A stretch of 64,000 bases of DNA, taken from NCBI GenBank assembly GCA_964365305.1, contig CAYIPG010000001.1, positions 2,214-66,213 on the forward strand. Reading direction: 5' to 3'. Shown here one piece after another: positions 1 through 8,948 of the stretch (position 1 is its first letter; the number at the start of each line of letters is the position of its first letter). The notes below the pieces were generated by a model. The model was not told the origin of the DNA, ran no database searches, and saw nothing but the letters and a program-made list of their open reading frames with translations. A program made the translations under genes and the position numbers. The stretch is from an uncultured Candidatus Saccharibacteria bacterium (lineage in GTDB: Bacteria; Patescibacteriota; Minisyncoccia; JACQLN01).

Positions 1-421
1 TTTCCAATCATCTTCATCTAAAAGAGGCCTCCAAACCAACTTTTGACTCTTACTGATATAAGGCGGGTTTGAAACCCTGAAATACGGCTGTTGCCAACAA
101 TTTATAAAAATAACTTTGGGTCCCCAAAATCTTCCTATTCGCTCAAGCATTTTGTAATCACTAATGTGTAGCTCTGGATTCCAACGAAATTTAACCTCAA
201 CAAAAACAGGTTTGCCTTTTCTATCAATAACTATAAAATCAGGTATGGCGCGAATTTTTTCCCCAACATCACTATAGCGATCAAACTTTTCCTCCAGCTG
301 AGTGAGGTTTTGAACAAGCGCCTCATAACCAAAACGATAAATTATATTGCCGGAATGACGCATCATTTCTTCAAACAATGTTTCAGCCATTCGGCCTTTT
401 AACATATTCTCTGGGTTCATA
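1..421 (-). CDS. Hypothetical protein, 5' partial at window edge. The segment IPDFIVIDRKGKPVFVEVKF resembles a PD-(D/E)xK nuclease-fold core (D...EVK).
   Basis: Read directly from the minus strand, not in the ORF track: open frame from the ATG at 421-419 (MNPENMLKGRMAETLFEEMMRH...) running off the window start. The fold assignment rests only on a motif-like D-x(n)-E-V-K pattern. Confidence 0.35.
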
Positions 422-429
422 TTAAATTA

Positions 430-475
430 TCTATTCTCTACTACCTTACTTCGAAGTAAGGTAGTAGAGAATAGA
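430..475. promoter_or_regulatory. 46-nt perfect palindrome (23-bp arms) tctattctctactaccttacttcgaagtaaggtagtagagaataga; candidate operator or structured element.
   Basis: Checked base by base; centre ttcgaa at 450-455. Lies between the stop of the TrpR-like gene (510) and the start of the minus-strand gene at 421. No T-tract follows on either strand, so it is not a classic terminator. Confidence 0.4.
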
Positions 476-509
476 GAGGTAGAGTAGAAAGGAGGTAGAA
501 AAATGGAAA

Positions 510-935
510 CTATTTTTTAGAAAGAAGATTAAACAATAAAAAATGCAAGGGGTATTTCTTTTTTAACCAATTAAAAGAATATGCTATATCTTCACTCTTA
601 TTTGACTTGATAAATCTTTTACTTAAAACCTTTTGAAAGTTCTTTATCGCATTTTCATAACCGCCTAAACCAGAAATTAACCAACGATGGACATTAGCTA
701 TTGTGCCTTGGCTGGCCTTAAGTTCAGCGGCAATCTCACTGTAACCCTTGCCAGCTAGCAGGTGTTGGGCAATCATAATTCTTCTTGCTAACATAACCGC
801 CTCGGTTTCGCTAAGCAGTTCCTTGAAAAAATTCTTAACTTCTTCTCTGGAACGCAATTCAGTAATGCTTGTCCATAAAAGATCAAGATAATGCATTCTA
901 ACTTTTGAATCTAATCTCCTAGGACTAACTCTCAT
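510..935 (-). CDS. TrpR-like / YerC-YecD family small DNA-binding protein.
   Basis: 141 aa. The segment LLSETEAVMLARRIMIAQHLLAGKGYSEIAAELKASQGTIANVHRW matches the helix-turn-helix pattern of the Trp-repressor-like YerC/YecD family. Confidence 0.55.
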   Translation of the reverse strand: MRVSPRRLDSKVRMHYLDLLWTSITELRSREEVKNFFKELLSETEAVMLARRIMIAQHLLAGKGYSEIAAELKASQGTIANVHRWLISGLGGYENAIKNFQKVLSKRFIKSNKSEDIAYSFNWLKKKYPLHFLLFNLLSKK

Positions 936-940
936 AGCTA

Positions 941-974
941 TAATTCTATCATACTTCGAAGTAAGATAGAAATA
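941..974. promoter_or_regulatory. Imperfect palindrome taattctatcatacttcgaagtaagatagaaata sharing the core TACTTCGAAGTA with the 430-475 palindrome; candidate autoregulatory operator.
   Basis: Two mismatches in 17-bp arms. Located 6-40 nt upstream of the start codon of the TrpR-like gene, on its promoter side. Confidence 0.35.
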
Positions 975-1105
975 CTTTTGTATTGATATAAATAACTCAT
1001 GTCCTGAACAAAACTAACAGGCAAGAGCGAAGAAATCACAAATACCGAGGGATGAAGAACGAAAATACGAAGAGAATAAAAATACCAAAAAATTTGCTTT
1101 ATAAT

Positions 1106-2494
1106 TTAGCGACCGAGGCAGGAGAGAACGATATTAACGGTTTTAAGAGTTATACCGACATCAAAAATCAGCGAACGATTTTTTAGATAATAAAAATCGT
1201 AGGATAGTTTTTCTTTAGTGTCTTCCACCGAAGAACCGTAAGTATAATTTATCTGCGCCCAGCCGGTTAAGCCCGGTTTAACCAGATATCTTTTTTCATA
1301 GAAAGGAATTTCTTTAACCAATAGTTCGTGAAACTCCGGGCGCTCGGCGCGCGGCCCCACAAAAGACATCTCACCCTTAAGAATATTTATCAACTGCGGC
1401 AGTTCGTCTAGACGAATTTTTCTAATAAACCGGCCGACTTTAGTAATGCGGTTATCATCTTGAACGGTCCATTGAACACCTGTGGCCTCGGCATCAATGC
1501 GCATGGTTCTAAATTTTATTAAAGTAAATAATTTGCCCCTATGGCCTATTCTTATTTGTTTATAAAATATCGGCCCCCGACCTTCCAGTTTGATAAAAAT
1601 TGCAATAACAACGCCTAAAACTATTGCCAAGGGAAAGAAAATTAAACTGGCCAAAAAATCAACAGATCTTTTGGCAAATTCATAGCCCAATCTTCGGCCC
1701 GAAGAAAAATTGTTTAAGAACCATAAATTATTTACTCCGCTTATATCAACCTTTCTCCAAACCCGTTCGTTAAATTTGGTTAGATTAGTAATTTCTACTC
1801 TGTCGATAAAATCAGAAAGTGATGTTACCAAAACATCTTTATTAAAAAACTTATCATCAATGATAAAGGCCTTTACTTTACTGCTCTGCACTAAATCAAA
1901 AATACTTATTTTTTTAGACGGATTTAAAAACTCCGGCCAAAATTTATTTGACTCTCCAACAGGCCTAGGACCAACAAAAAATACCACCCTATAACCGACC
2001 TGGGGGTTTTGGTTTAATTTTAAGGCCAGCCGGAAACCGCGATCGTCATCAGACATAACCACAGCGTTAACTAAAAACCTTCTCTTAAAAACATTATTAA
2101 CCTGCCCCCGCCACAGCAAAAATAAAAAAGAAAATATGGCAAAGTAGATAAATAGGTTTGTCTTAGGCGCTATTTCGGTTAAACTGGCAAAATAAAAGAA
2201 CAGCACCGCCGCAAAGAAATTGATCATCAATGACCTAGCTAAACCGCTGTAAAATTCTAAAGTGTTCTTGGCCGAAGTAATATCGTAAAGATTATGGATG
2301 TAGAAAATAATCAACCATAAAAATATTAAAGGAGAAAAAGCCCAAACATGCAAAAAGAAAAGTTGATAAGTGGTAAAATTGGTATGCGCCGGATCAATGT
2401 TGTTGTACCTAAGATAAACTGTCAAAAATAAAGACAGGTATATCACAACTACATCTCCAACCAAAAGTAATATTTTTTTGGAATTAGAATTCAT
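1106..2494 (-). CDS. Polyprenyl-phosphate sugar-1-phosphate transferase (bacterial sugar transferase, WbaP/WcaJ-like initiating enzyme).
   Basis: 462 aa with several N-terminal TM segments. The C-terminal domain carries FVGPRAERPEF...VKPGLTGWAQIN...SYDFYYLKNRSL, the diagnostic Bac_transf motifs. Confidence 0.8.
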   Translation of the reverse strand: MNSNSKKILLLVGDVVVIYLSLFLTVYLRYNNIDPAHTNFTTYQLFFLHVWAFSPLIFLWLIIFYIHNLYDITSAKNTLEFYSGLARSLMINFFAAVLFFYFASLTEIAPKTNLFIYFAIFSFLFLLWRGQVNNVFKRRFLVNAVVMSDDDRGFRLALKLNQNPQVGYRVVFFVGPRPVGESNKFWPEFLNPSKKISIFDLVQSSKVKAFIIDDKFFNKDVLVTSLSDFIDRVEITNLTKFNERVWRKVDISGVNNLWFLNNFSSGRRLGYEFAKRSVDFLASLIFFPLAIVLGVVIAIFIKLEGRGPIFYKQIRIGHRGKLFTLIKFRTMRIDAEATGVQWTVQDDNRITKVGRFIRKIRLDELPQLINILKGEMSFVGPRAERPEFHELLVKEIPFYEKRYLVKPGLTGWAQINYTYGSSVEDTKEKLSYDFYYLKNRSLIFDVGITLKTVNIVLSCLGR

Positions 2495-2503
2495 ACCTTA
2501 AAA

Positions 2504-3430
2504 TCAAGATAGATAAATCTTTTTTAGTTCAGCAATCCCTTCTTCTAGTGTTATCCTTGACTCCCACCTTAAAAGTTTTTTAGCTAAAGAAGTATCTCCT
2601 TGGCTATATTTTATTTCACCGCCTCGCTCGGGCAAATAAATAATCGGACCGCCGATTATTTTAGCGATTTCGTTGACGCTATATGCTTTCTCGGAACAAA
2701 TATTAATTACCTCGCCTTGGCCAACTTTGTTTGATTGCATAGCTAAAATATTGGCCCGCACCACATCTTTAACATTGGTGAACGAACGCGTTTGTTTGCC
2801 GTCACCTACAATAGTTAGCGGCTGACCCTTATTTTTTTGATTCAAAAAAACAGCGAAGACAGCCAAATAACTGCCTTTGTCCGACATGCCCGGGCCATAA
2901 ACATTAAAATATCTAAGCGCCACGGTTTTTAGGCCGTAAACAGAACTGAAAATTCGGCAATAATGTTCGCCTATATGTTTTTGCAATCCATATGGGCTTA
3001 ATGGCATGGCGCTAAAGTTTTCCTTGAGAGGCAATTTGGTTTGATTTCCATAAGCCGAAGAAGATGCTGAATAAATTAATTTTTCAACCTGGGCTTCTTG
3101 GGCCGCCATTAAAACATTCAAAGTACCGGTGACATTGATATTGTTCGTGGTAATAGGATCATCAATAGAAAGTTGAACTCGTGGCAAAGCCGCTAAATGA
3201 AAAACAAACTTTGCTTCTCTAAATATAGGTTTTATTTTTTTGAGATCAGTTATATCGGCTTTATGGAATATGGCGCCAGCAGGAATTTTATTTTTATTGC
3301 CAGTAGAAAGATTATCTATAATATGAACATTAAAACCCCGATCAATTAATTCTCGGCTCAAATTAGACCCGATAAACCCGGCGCCGCCGGTGACTATTAC
3401 CTTGATTTTATTATCCATTTTGTTCTTCAT
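2504..3430 (-). CDS. NAD-dependent nucleotide-sugar epimerase/dehydratase (UDP-hexose 4-epimerase-like SDR).
   Basis: N-terminal VIVTGGAGFIGSNL Rossmann motif; about 308 aa extended-SDR architecture. Confidence 0.8.
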   Translation of the reverse strand: MKNKMDNKIKVIVTGGAGFIGSNLSRELIDRGFNVHIIDNLSTGNKNKIPAGAIFHKADITDLKKIKPIFREAKFVFHLAALPRVQLSIDDPITTNNINVTGTLNVLMAAQEAQVEKLIYSASSSAYGNQTKLPLKENFSAMPLSPYGLQKHIGEHYCRIFSSVYGLKTVALRYFNVYGPGMSDKGSYLAVFAVFLNQKNKGQPLTIVGDGKQTRSFTNVKDVVRANILAMQSNKVGQGEVINICSEKAYSVNEIAKIIGGPIIYLPERGGEIKYSQGDTSLAKKLLRWESRITLEEGIAELKKIYLS

Positions 3431-3466
3431 AAATCATCTATTATATAACCAAAATTCTATCCGAAA

Positions 3467-3501
3467 GTAACCAAAAACTCCACCTTTTTAAGGGTGGAGT
3501 T
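3467..3501 (-). terminator. Rho-independent terminator for the 3525-4979 gene.
   Basis: 9-bp stem aactccacc/ggtggagtt at 3476-3501 with a tttttaa loop, immediately 3' of the stop. On the minus strand it is followed by TTTGGTTACTTT. Confidence 0.45.
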
Positions 3502-3524
3502 GGGCTTATCAAGTGAACCAACCA

Positions 3525-4979
3525 TTACTGCAACGCCTTGATTTGATCCTGTATGGCTTTTATCTGGGCCTCAATTTGTTTGGTTAAATCATCCGTAGAG
3601 GTTGTAGCCGGGGTGGGGGCGGTCTTGACTGGCGCAACCGGAACACTTGGAGCCGTCAGAGTGTTTATCTGTCCTTGAATGGCTTTGATTTGATCCTCTA
3701 TTTGCTTAGTCAGATCATTATTAGAAGTCGCTGGAGCAACCATTGGAGTAGATGGGGCTACCACTGGAGTTGATACACTGCCCAACACTTCGTTGATTTT
3801 AGCCATAGTAGCCGGACCGACTCGGCCAACAGTTGAAATTCCATACTTGGCCTGGAATTTTTTAACTGCCGCTGTGGTCTTAGAGCCATAGAATCCGCTG
3901 ACAGTACCTTCAGGATAAACCTCTGGATCCTTGGCCAATAATTTTTGTAAATCTATAACCTCATCACTGCGAGTGCCGGGGTTGAGTTCGGTATCAATCA
4001 TAACAGCGCCAATGGCTAACGGTGTCTGAACTGAAACTCCAGATGTTAAGGCCTGAATTTGGGATTGGATTGCTTGAATTTGAGCTTGAATCTGATCAGC
4101 GGCCGTAGCGGCGACAGAAGGTGTTGTTGGAGCAACGGCCGAAACCTGAGCGCCCAACACCTCATTGATCTTAGCCAGAGTAGCTGGACCGACACGACCA
4201 ACTTGAGGCAAACCATATTTGGCTTGGAATTTTCTAACAGCTACAACTGTTTTGGGGCCATAAAGACCACTGACTATGCCTTCGGGGTAAATAGATGGAT
4301 CTCTAGCTAATAGTTTCTGTAGATCCATAACATCACTACTGCGAGTGCCGGGATTGAGTTCTTTAGTTATTACAACAGTCGGAACAACCACTGCCGGCGC
4401 CGATACAACAGGCGCGCTGGTAACTGGAGCAACTGTAGTTGTTGGAGCCGGAGTCGCAACGGTGGTGGTAGTAGTCGTAGGAGTCGCAGTGGTAGCTGTA
4501 GTTGTTGTGGTGGTTGTAGTCGTGCTAGGAGTGGAAGATGTCGTGCTAGTGGTTGACGATGATGATGAAGAAGAACTTCCAGTGCCGGTAGAACCCGCTA
4601 CCACGCAAGTACTTGATGTGGGAGTAACACCCACGGTCTCTGTGGCACCCGTTGACAAAGCAAGTTGTAGCACAGATGACGAGCTATTGCATTCAAAACT
4701 CGCAGTGACCTTATCTACATTATAGGTAAAATTCCTCTTACCCGCGGAAGTTATGTCAATACTGGAACCAGCGGCAAGTGTTATATCCAAAACGGTCTCA
4801 TTAACAGTTATGCTTTGGATGACTCCGCTAGTTACCGTCAGGTCAACTATTGTGCCGCTAATCGTTGTACGAATCGTTGTACCCGAAGATAAATTTACAT
4901 CATTATACGCTCCCAACACAATCATCGGAACCATGATGACGCTAATCGCCCCCAAAATAACACTAATATTAAATTTCAT
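3525..4979 (-). CDS. Secreted protein with two peptidoglycan-binding (PG_binding_1-like) repeats and a long Thr/Ser-rich linker.
   Basis: N-terminal signal/TM segment. Poly-S/T tract SSSSSSSSTTSTTSSTPSTTTTTTTTTATTATPTTTTTT. Two about 65-aa repeats ELNPGTRS.DV.DLQKLLA.DP..YPEG.VSG.YG.KT..AV.KFQAKYG, typical of PG-binding domain 1, plus short QIxAIQxQI heptad repeats. Confidence 0.65.
   Translation of the reverse strand: MKFNISVILGAISVIMVPMIVLGAYNDVNLSSGTTIRTTISGTIVDLTVTSGVIQSITVNETVLDITLAAGSSIDITSAGKRNFTYNVDKVTASFECNSSSSVLQLALSTGATETVGVTPTSSTCVVAGSTGTGSSSSSSSSTTSTTSSTPSTTTTTTTTTATTATPTTTTTTVATPAPTTTVAPVTSAPVVSAPAVVVPTVVITKELNPGTRSSDVMDLQKLLARDPSIYPEGIVSGLYGPKTVVAVRKFQAKYGLPQVGRVGPATLAKINEVLGAQVSAVAPTTPSVAATAADQIQAQIQAIQSQIQALTSGVSVQTPLAIGAVMIDTELNPGTRSDEVIDLQKLLAKDPEVYPEGTVSGFYGSKTTAAVKKFQAKYGISTVGRVGPATMAKINEVLGSVSTPVVAPSTPMVAPATSNNDLTKQIEDQIKAIQGQINTLTAPSVPVAPVKTAPTPATTSTDDLTKQIEAQIKAIQDQIKALQ
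4380..4600. repeat. Low-complexity (ACN/GTN)n tract encoding the poly-Thr/Ser linker.
   Basis: Runs of ggtggtagtagtcgt / gttgttgtggtggttgtagtcgt on the plus strand. They generate a spurious antisense ORF (4345-4725). Confidence 0.6.
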
Positions 4980-5014
4980 AGAGGTTTAATAAGATAAATT
5001 AGTTATTCTGGTAA

Positions 5015-5755
5015 TTATCTTGGGCAAGCGACAACTCTTGCTGATAACAGCTTAGCGATATCTTGAGTGCTTGCGGTGTCAGTAAGTGGATCAAGCGCGC
5101 CTGTCGTCGCCATCAACGAAACACAATTATTGCCATCCGTTGATTTTAATAAAATCTCACCACCACTGGCACCACCCCCTGCTACATAAGCAGTTCCTGT
5201 CGCTTGGTAAGCAGGGCCCACTCCCGAAACTGTAAATGACGGAGTAACTGTAGTATTACCGATATCGCCAGAATTTGGCACAGTTGAAGTTCCAATAGTT
5301 ACGGCTCCAGAATTACCATCAACAAAAAGAGATGTGGTGGCAACTTGCAAACCAAACCGAACAGTTGAGGTTGCTGTCGTAGAAGTAGCGGTAAAGGAAG
5401 AAGTATAAATAAAATCACCGATAATTGCCCCTCCTTCAACCGCTAATCCACCATCGCCATTTAGAGTCAATGAAGGTGTAGTAGTTCCAATACCAACTCT
5501 GCCCTTAAACCAGGAAACGCCCGTGGTTGAAGTGGCATTAAAAACACTGGCAGTTACGAAATCCTCAGCGATTATGCCGCCCGTAGCGCCAATGATAGCG
5601 CCGGGCGTGGAGGTACCACTACCCAAACCGGTACTGCTGATGGTCATAGTCGCGCCGTAAGCAACCACCGCCACCATAAAAATTGATAATAAAGAAGAAA
5701 CCGCGGTTGCTAAAAAGTACCGCTTGGAAATGAGAGATTTCATATTTTTACTCAT
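5015..5755 (-). CDS. Gly/Thr/Ala-rich secreted protein, function unknown.
   Basis: N-terminal hydrophobic segment (LATAVSSLLSIFMVAVVAYGA) followed by low-complexity G/T/S/A-rich sequence; no recognisable catalytic motif. Confidence 0.45.
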   Translation of the reverse strand: MSKNMKSLISKRYFLATAVSSLLSIFMVAVVAYGATMTISSTGLGSGTSTPGAIIGATGGIIAEDFVTASVFNATSTTGVSWFKGRVGIGTTTPSLTLNGDGGLAVEGGAIIGDFIYTSSFTATSTTATSTVRFGLQVATTSLFVDGNSGAVTIGTSTVPNSGDIGNTTVTPSFTVSGVGPAYQATGTAYVAGGGASGGEILLKSTDGNNCVSLMATTGALDPLTDTASTQDIAKLLSARVVACPR

Positions 5756-5886
5756 TAAACTTATTATTTATTAAGACCCGCGCGTTCCACTAGAAACGCC
5801 CAAACAGATCTTTAGGTTATAATTTTCCTGACTAATATAACTATTGTACTATAAATCTTAAAAAACATAGCAAGTGGGGTTATCCA

Positions 5887-5925
5887 CAAACAAAAAGGGT
5901 TAGTGATATAGAATCACTAACCCAT
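5887..5925 (-). terminator. Rho-independent terminator for the 5960-8185 gene.
   Basis: Perfect 11-bp stem gggttagtgat/atcactaaccc (5897-5923) with loop ataga. On the minus strand it is followed by TTTTTGTTTG. Confidence 0.6.
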
Positions 5926-5959
5926 TGAAATAAATAGGCGGTTTAAAAATTTCCGGCGT

Positions 5960-8185
5960 TTACCTTTTTAGCTTGCCTTCTTTAATTTGTTTGATAAAAA
6001 CCTCTCCTTGTTGTTTAAAGTCGGGCGCCAGTTCTATGGCCTTTTCTAATTGTTCAATGGCTTTTTTATCTTGAAAGATCTTGACATAAGCCGAAGCCAA
6101 ACTTAAACGATACTGGGCGTCACTGGGATTTTGGGCCACCAGCTTTTCCCAAATCAAAGCCACTTTATCAAACTTACCCAAGGCAATATAGGCATTTATA
6201 TATTTTGGATTAGCCACCACCTCGGCGCCGAAATGTTTTTTAAGCAAGGCCTCGGCCTCTTGCGGTCGGCCGGAAAAAATAAGCACGATAGCATAGTTAT
6301 GGATAGCGTCGGGATATTCAGGCGCGAGTTCATAGGCCTGTTTTAAGGTGTCCATCGCCAAGTCCTCCTCGCTCGCCCTAAAATAGGCCTCGCCCAACAA
6401 GAAATAAAACTGCTGCCTTTGGGAAGACACGCCTAAACCTTGCCGGGCTGTGAGGATGGCGTTAGGATAATCACCCGCCGTGCCGTAAAGAGTTGTCAAA
6501 AATGCCAGCGCTCGAATGTCATATGGAAATGCTTCCGCTTGTATTTTCATTTGTTCCAAGGCAAACTCGGTAACATTTTTTTTCTCTTCGGCTGGAGTGG
6601 CCGGATCATCATTGATCTTTTCCGAATAAAGCGCGAGTTGTTCTCTAATTTCCGGCGTGCCAAAAGTATTATACTCTATGCCGCGTTTTAAGGCCTGCAT
6701 ACCCCCATCTAAATCGCGCGCGCGGCTGCCGTCCCGGGAATAAGTTACCATCTGTAAAGCATTGATAATGCTCTTGGAAGCCAAAATCGGTTTAACATTA
6801 AAAGAATACAGCGAAAAAATCACTATGACTCCAACAACAGCCGTGATAACAGATCTGGCAATTTTAGGCACGGCCACCGTCTCCGATAAATTATTGCCCG
6901 ACAAATCCTGGTCGGATTTAACATATAACCAGTGTAAATACCCTAAGACGGCAAAGAAAATCATATAACTGGTGAAGTTATCAAAAACAAAAATGTTGTG
7001 GATAAAGTAAGCCACTAACAAACCCGCCATTACCGCCACTAATTTGGCTGACAATGTTTTTGATTTAAAAAGTTTCCACAAAACAAAACTAGCGGCGGCA
7101 AACATACTTAAGTAAGTCAGTAGGCCAACTATGCCTGTGGCGGTAAGCCAGTCCAGAAAAACATTGTGAGCCCGATCAAACCAGGGTTCTTGGCGCCACA
7201 TTCTGGAATCATAATATTTAGAAAAAATATAAACAAAATTTTCCGGACCCCAACCCAAAATCGGCCTTTCCTTCCAGGCCTGATAAGCCATGTTCCAAAT
7301 AAGAAAACGGGATTGGGTAGTGGTCTCGCTTAGCGAGATACTGGCAAAGCGGGTTAACACATCGCTGTTTCTAATAAAAGAAGTATCTTTAAGAGCAAGA
7401 AAACTCCCCACCATCAGCGCTATAACCAATAAACCAGATAACGCTAACTTGCGAGCCAAACCGCGCCCATACACGACATTTATTACAGCCCCTATAAATA
7501 AACCGGCGATAAGGCCGAGAATAGCGCCGCGCGTGGCCGTTTTATAAACAATGAAAAATTCAAACACGGCCGCCGCCAGCAAAATCAATCTCAAAAAAAT
7601 ACTCCGACCTTGAGACCTCAAAAAGAACCACAATAAAAGAAAAATATGGAAAACAAGATAGATGGCCAAATAAGTGGCATTGCCCATGGTGGCGTCTATG
7701 CGATCATCACCCTGATGAATATCAAATGAACCCAGCAATTGCAACAAAGCATAGAAACTCACGGTCAAACTGACTACCAGTGATACTCCAAAAAATACAA
7801 CCCAGTCCCGTTCCTTCCTGAAAACACTGGTTAGCATCAGAAAATAAATAAAATAATGCCAATAACCCCAGAACCCCTCCATCCGCTCAAAACCGGACCA
7901 AAAACTCTTGTAGGGGGAAACGCTAAAAATAGTGGCTAGAAACAGAACCAATGTCCATGTCACCACACTATATAAAATAACCGAGGAGCGCGGCCGATAT
8001 TGGGAGTCGCTCATCATCAACCACAACCAGAACACAAAAATGATTTCTATTATAATCCTAAAAATAAAATTACGGCCGGTGATAAAAGGGAAAAACAAAG
8101 ACCGGGTTACCACCAGCGACAAAATCGGCACTGCCAAAAGACCTATTTTTACCACCCAGGCAAATAATTTCTTGGTATCAAGCAT
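5960..8185 (-). CDS. O-antigen ligase-like (Wzy_C-type) polytopic membrane protein fused to a C-terminal TPR-repeat domain.
   Basis: 741 aa. About 10-12 predicted TM helices in the first 430 aa, then a soluble domain with repeated A..Y/LG.AY TPR-like helical pairs (YELAPEYPDAIHNYAIVL..., LAPDFKQQGEVF). Confidence 0.55.
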   Translation of the reverse strand: MLDTKKLFAWVVKIGLLAVPILSLVVTRSLFFPFITGRNFIFRIIIEIIFVFWLWLMMSDSQYRPRSSVILYSVVTWTLVLFLATIFSVSPYKSFWSGFERMEGFWGYWHYFIYFLMLTSVFRKERDWVVFFGVSLVVSLTVSFYALLQLLGSFDIHQGDDRIDATMGNATYLAIYLVFHIFLLLWFFLRSQGRSIFLRLILLAAAVFEFFIVYKTATRGAILGLIAGLFIGAVINVVYGRGLARKLALSGLLVIALMVGSFLALKDTSFIRNSDVLTRFASISLSETTTQSRFLIWNMAYQAWKERPILGWGPENFVYIFSKYYDSRMWRQEPWFDRAHNVFLDWLTATGIVGLLTYLSMFAAASFVLWKLFKSKTLSAKLVAVMAGLLVAYFIHNIFVFDNFTSYMIFFAVLGYLHWLYVKSDQDLSGNNLSETVAVPKIARSVITAVVGVIVIFSLYSFNVKPILASKSIINALQMVTYSRDGSRARDLDGGMQALKRGIEYNTFGTPEIREQLALYSEKINDDPATPAEEKKNVTEFALEQMKIQAEAFPYDIRALAFLTTLYGTAGDYPNAILTARQGLGVSSQRQQFYFLLGEAYFRASEEDLAMDTLKQAYELAPEYPDAIHNYAIVLIFSGRPQEAEALLKKHFGAEVVANPKYINAYIALGKFDKVALIWEKLVAQNPSDAQYRLSLASAYVKIFQDKKAIEQLEKAIELAPDFKQQGEVFIKQIKEGKLKR

Positions 8186-8222
8186 TTATTTATAGCCGCA
8201 CCCTAGCACAAAAGAAACCAAG

Positions 8223-8948
8223 CTACAACTTTTGACTCCGTAATTTTTCTACAGCCAATTCGGCCAAGAACCAATCTTCAGGACCATCAATGTTAACACT
8301 GTATTTTTCGGCCATGGGATATAGCGCCACCTTGTCGCCGTAAAAATTAGGACTTTGGGGATCAAACAACATTTCTGGTTTAAAAACATAAATGGCGCCA
8401 TTGTGGTAATAATTTTTTTTAGGAAAACTTTGCCGGCGGGGTATGCGATTTTTTATCGGCTCGCCGATAAAAAGTTCACCCCAGCCATTTTCATTTTCCA
8501 CCACCGCCCAATAGGGGCTAAAATGTCCTGGGATTTCGGAAACGCTAACCACCGAATCGGCTAATTTATTTTTGAATAAGACCATGGCCTCTTGGATATG
8601 CCAGGTCTGCCTTAACGGCGCGGTGGGTTGTAACAGCGCCACCACATCGGGCTGATAGTTCTCGTTTTCTTTTAACCAAGATATGGCATGTTGAAGCACC
8701 GGCAAATGCGGCGTGCCGTCTTGAGCCAGTTCAGCGGGACGGATAAAAGGAACTTCCACATTATACTTTTTGGCCACATCGGCGATTTTTTGATCATCAG
8801 TGCTTAAAATTAAACGATCAAAAACACCCGACTCTTGGGCGGCTTTAATCGTGTAAGCAATTAGTGGCTGGCCACATAAGTCCTTTATATTTTTACCGGG
8901 AATACCCTTAGAGCCGCCGCGCGCGGTTATAATGCCAAGTATTTTCAT
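8223..8948 (-). CDS. Acylneuraminate cytidylyltransferase family (CMP-nonulosonic acid synthetase, NeuA/LegF/PseF-like).
   Basis: N-terminal ILGIITARGGSKGIPGKNIK and LILSTDD motifs of the CTP_transf_3 family. Its start overlaps the upstream NeuC-like stop by 4 nt (translational coupling). Confidence 0.75.
   Translation of the reverse strand: MKILGIITARGGSKGIPGKNIKDLCGQPLIAYTIKAAQESGVFDRLILSTDDQKIADVAKKYNVEVPFIRPAELAQDGTPHLPVLQHAISWLKENENYQPDVVALLQPTAPLRQTWHIQEAMVLFKNKLADSVVSVSEIPGHFSPYWAVVENENGWGELFIGEPIKNRIPRRQSFPKKNYYHNGAIYVFKPEMLFDPQSPNFYGDKVALYPMAEKYSVNIDGPEDWFLAELAVEKLRSQKL

Noticed and set aside
1710-1994. Numerous 60-140-aa ORFs antisense to large genes (for example 1710-1994, 6131-6968, 9309-9602, 16637-16999, 19056-19469, 23128-23529, 30952-31347).
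   Set aside because: They are embedded in, and antisense to, well-supported CDSs. Their AT-rich, low-complexity translations show no domain signatures, so they are treated as spurious.
4345-4725. 126-aa plus-strand ORF (MPGLSSLVITTVGTTTAGADTTG...VVVVVVV).
   Set aside because: It is the antisense reading of the (ACN)n Thr/Ser-linker repeat of the minus-strand gene. Its Val/Gly low-complexity content is an artefact of the repeat, not a gene.
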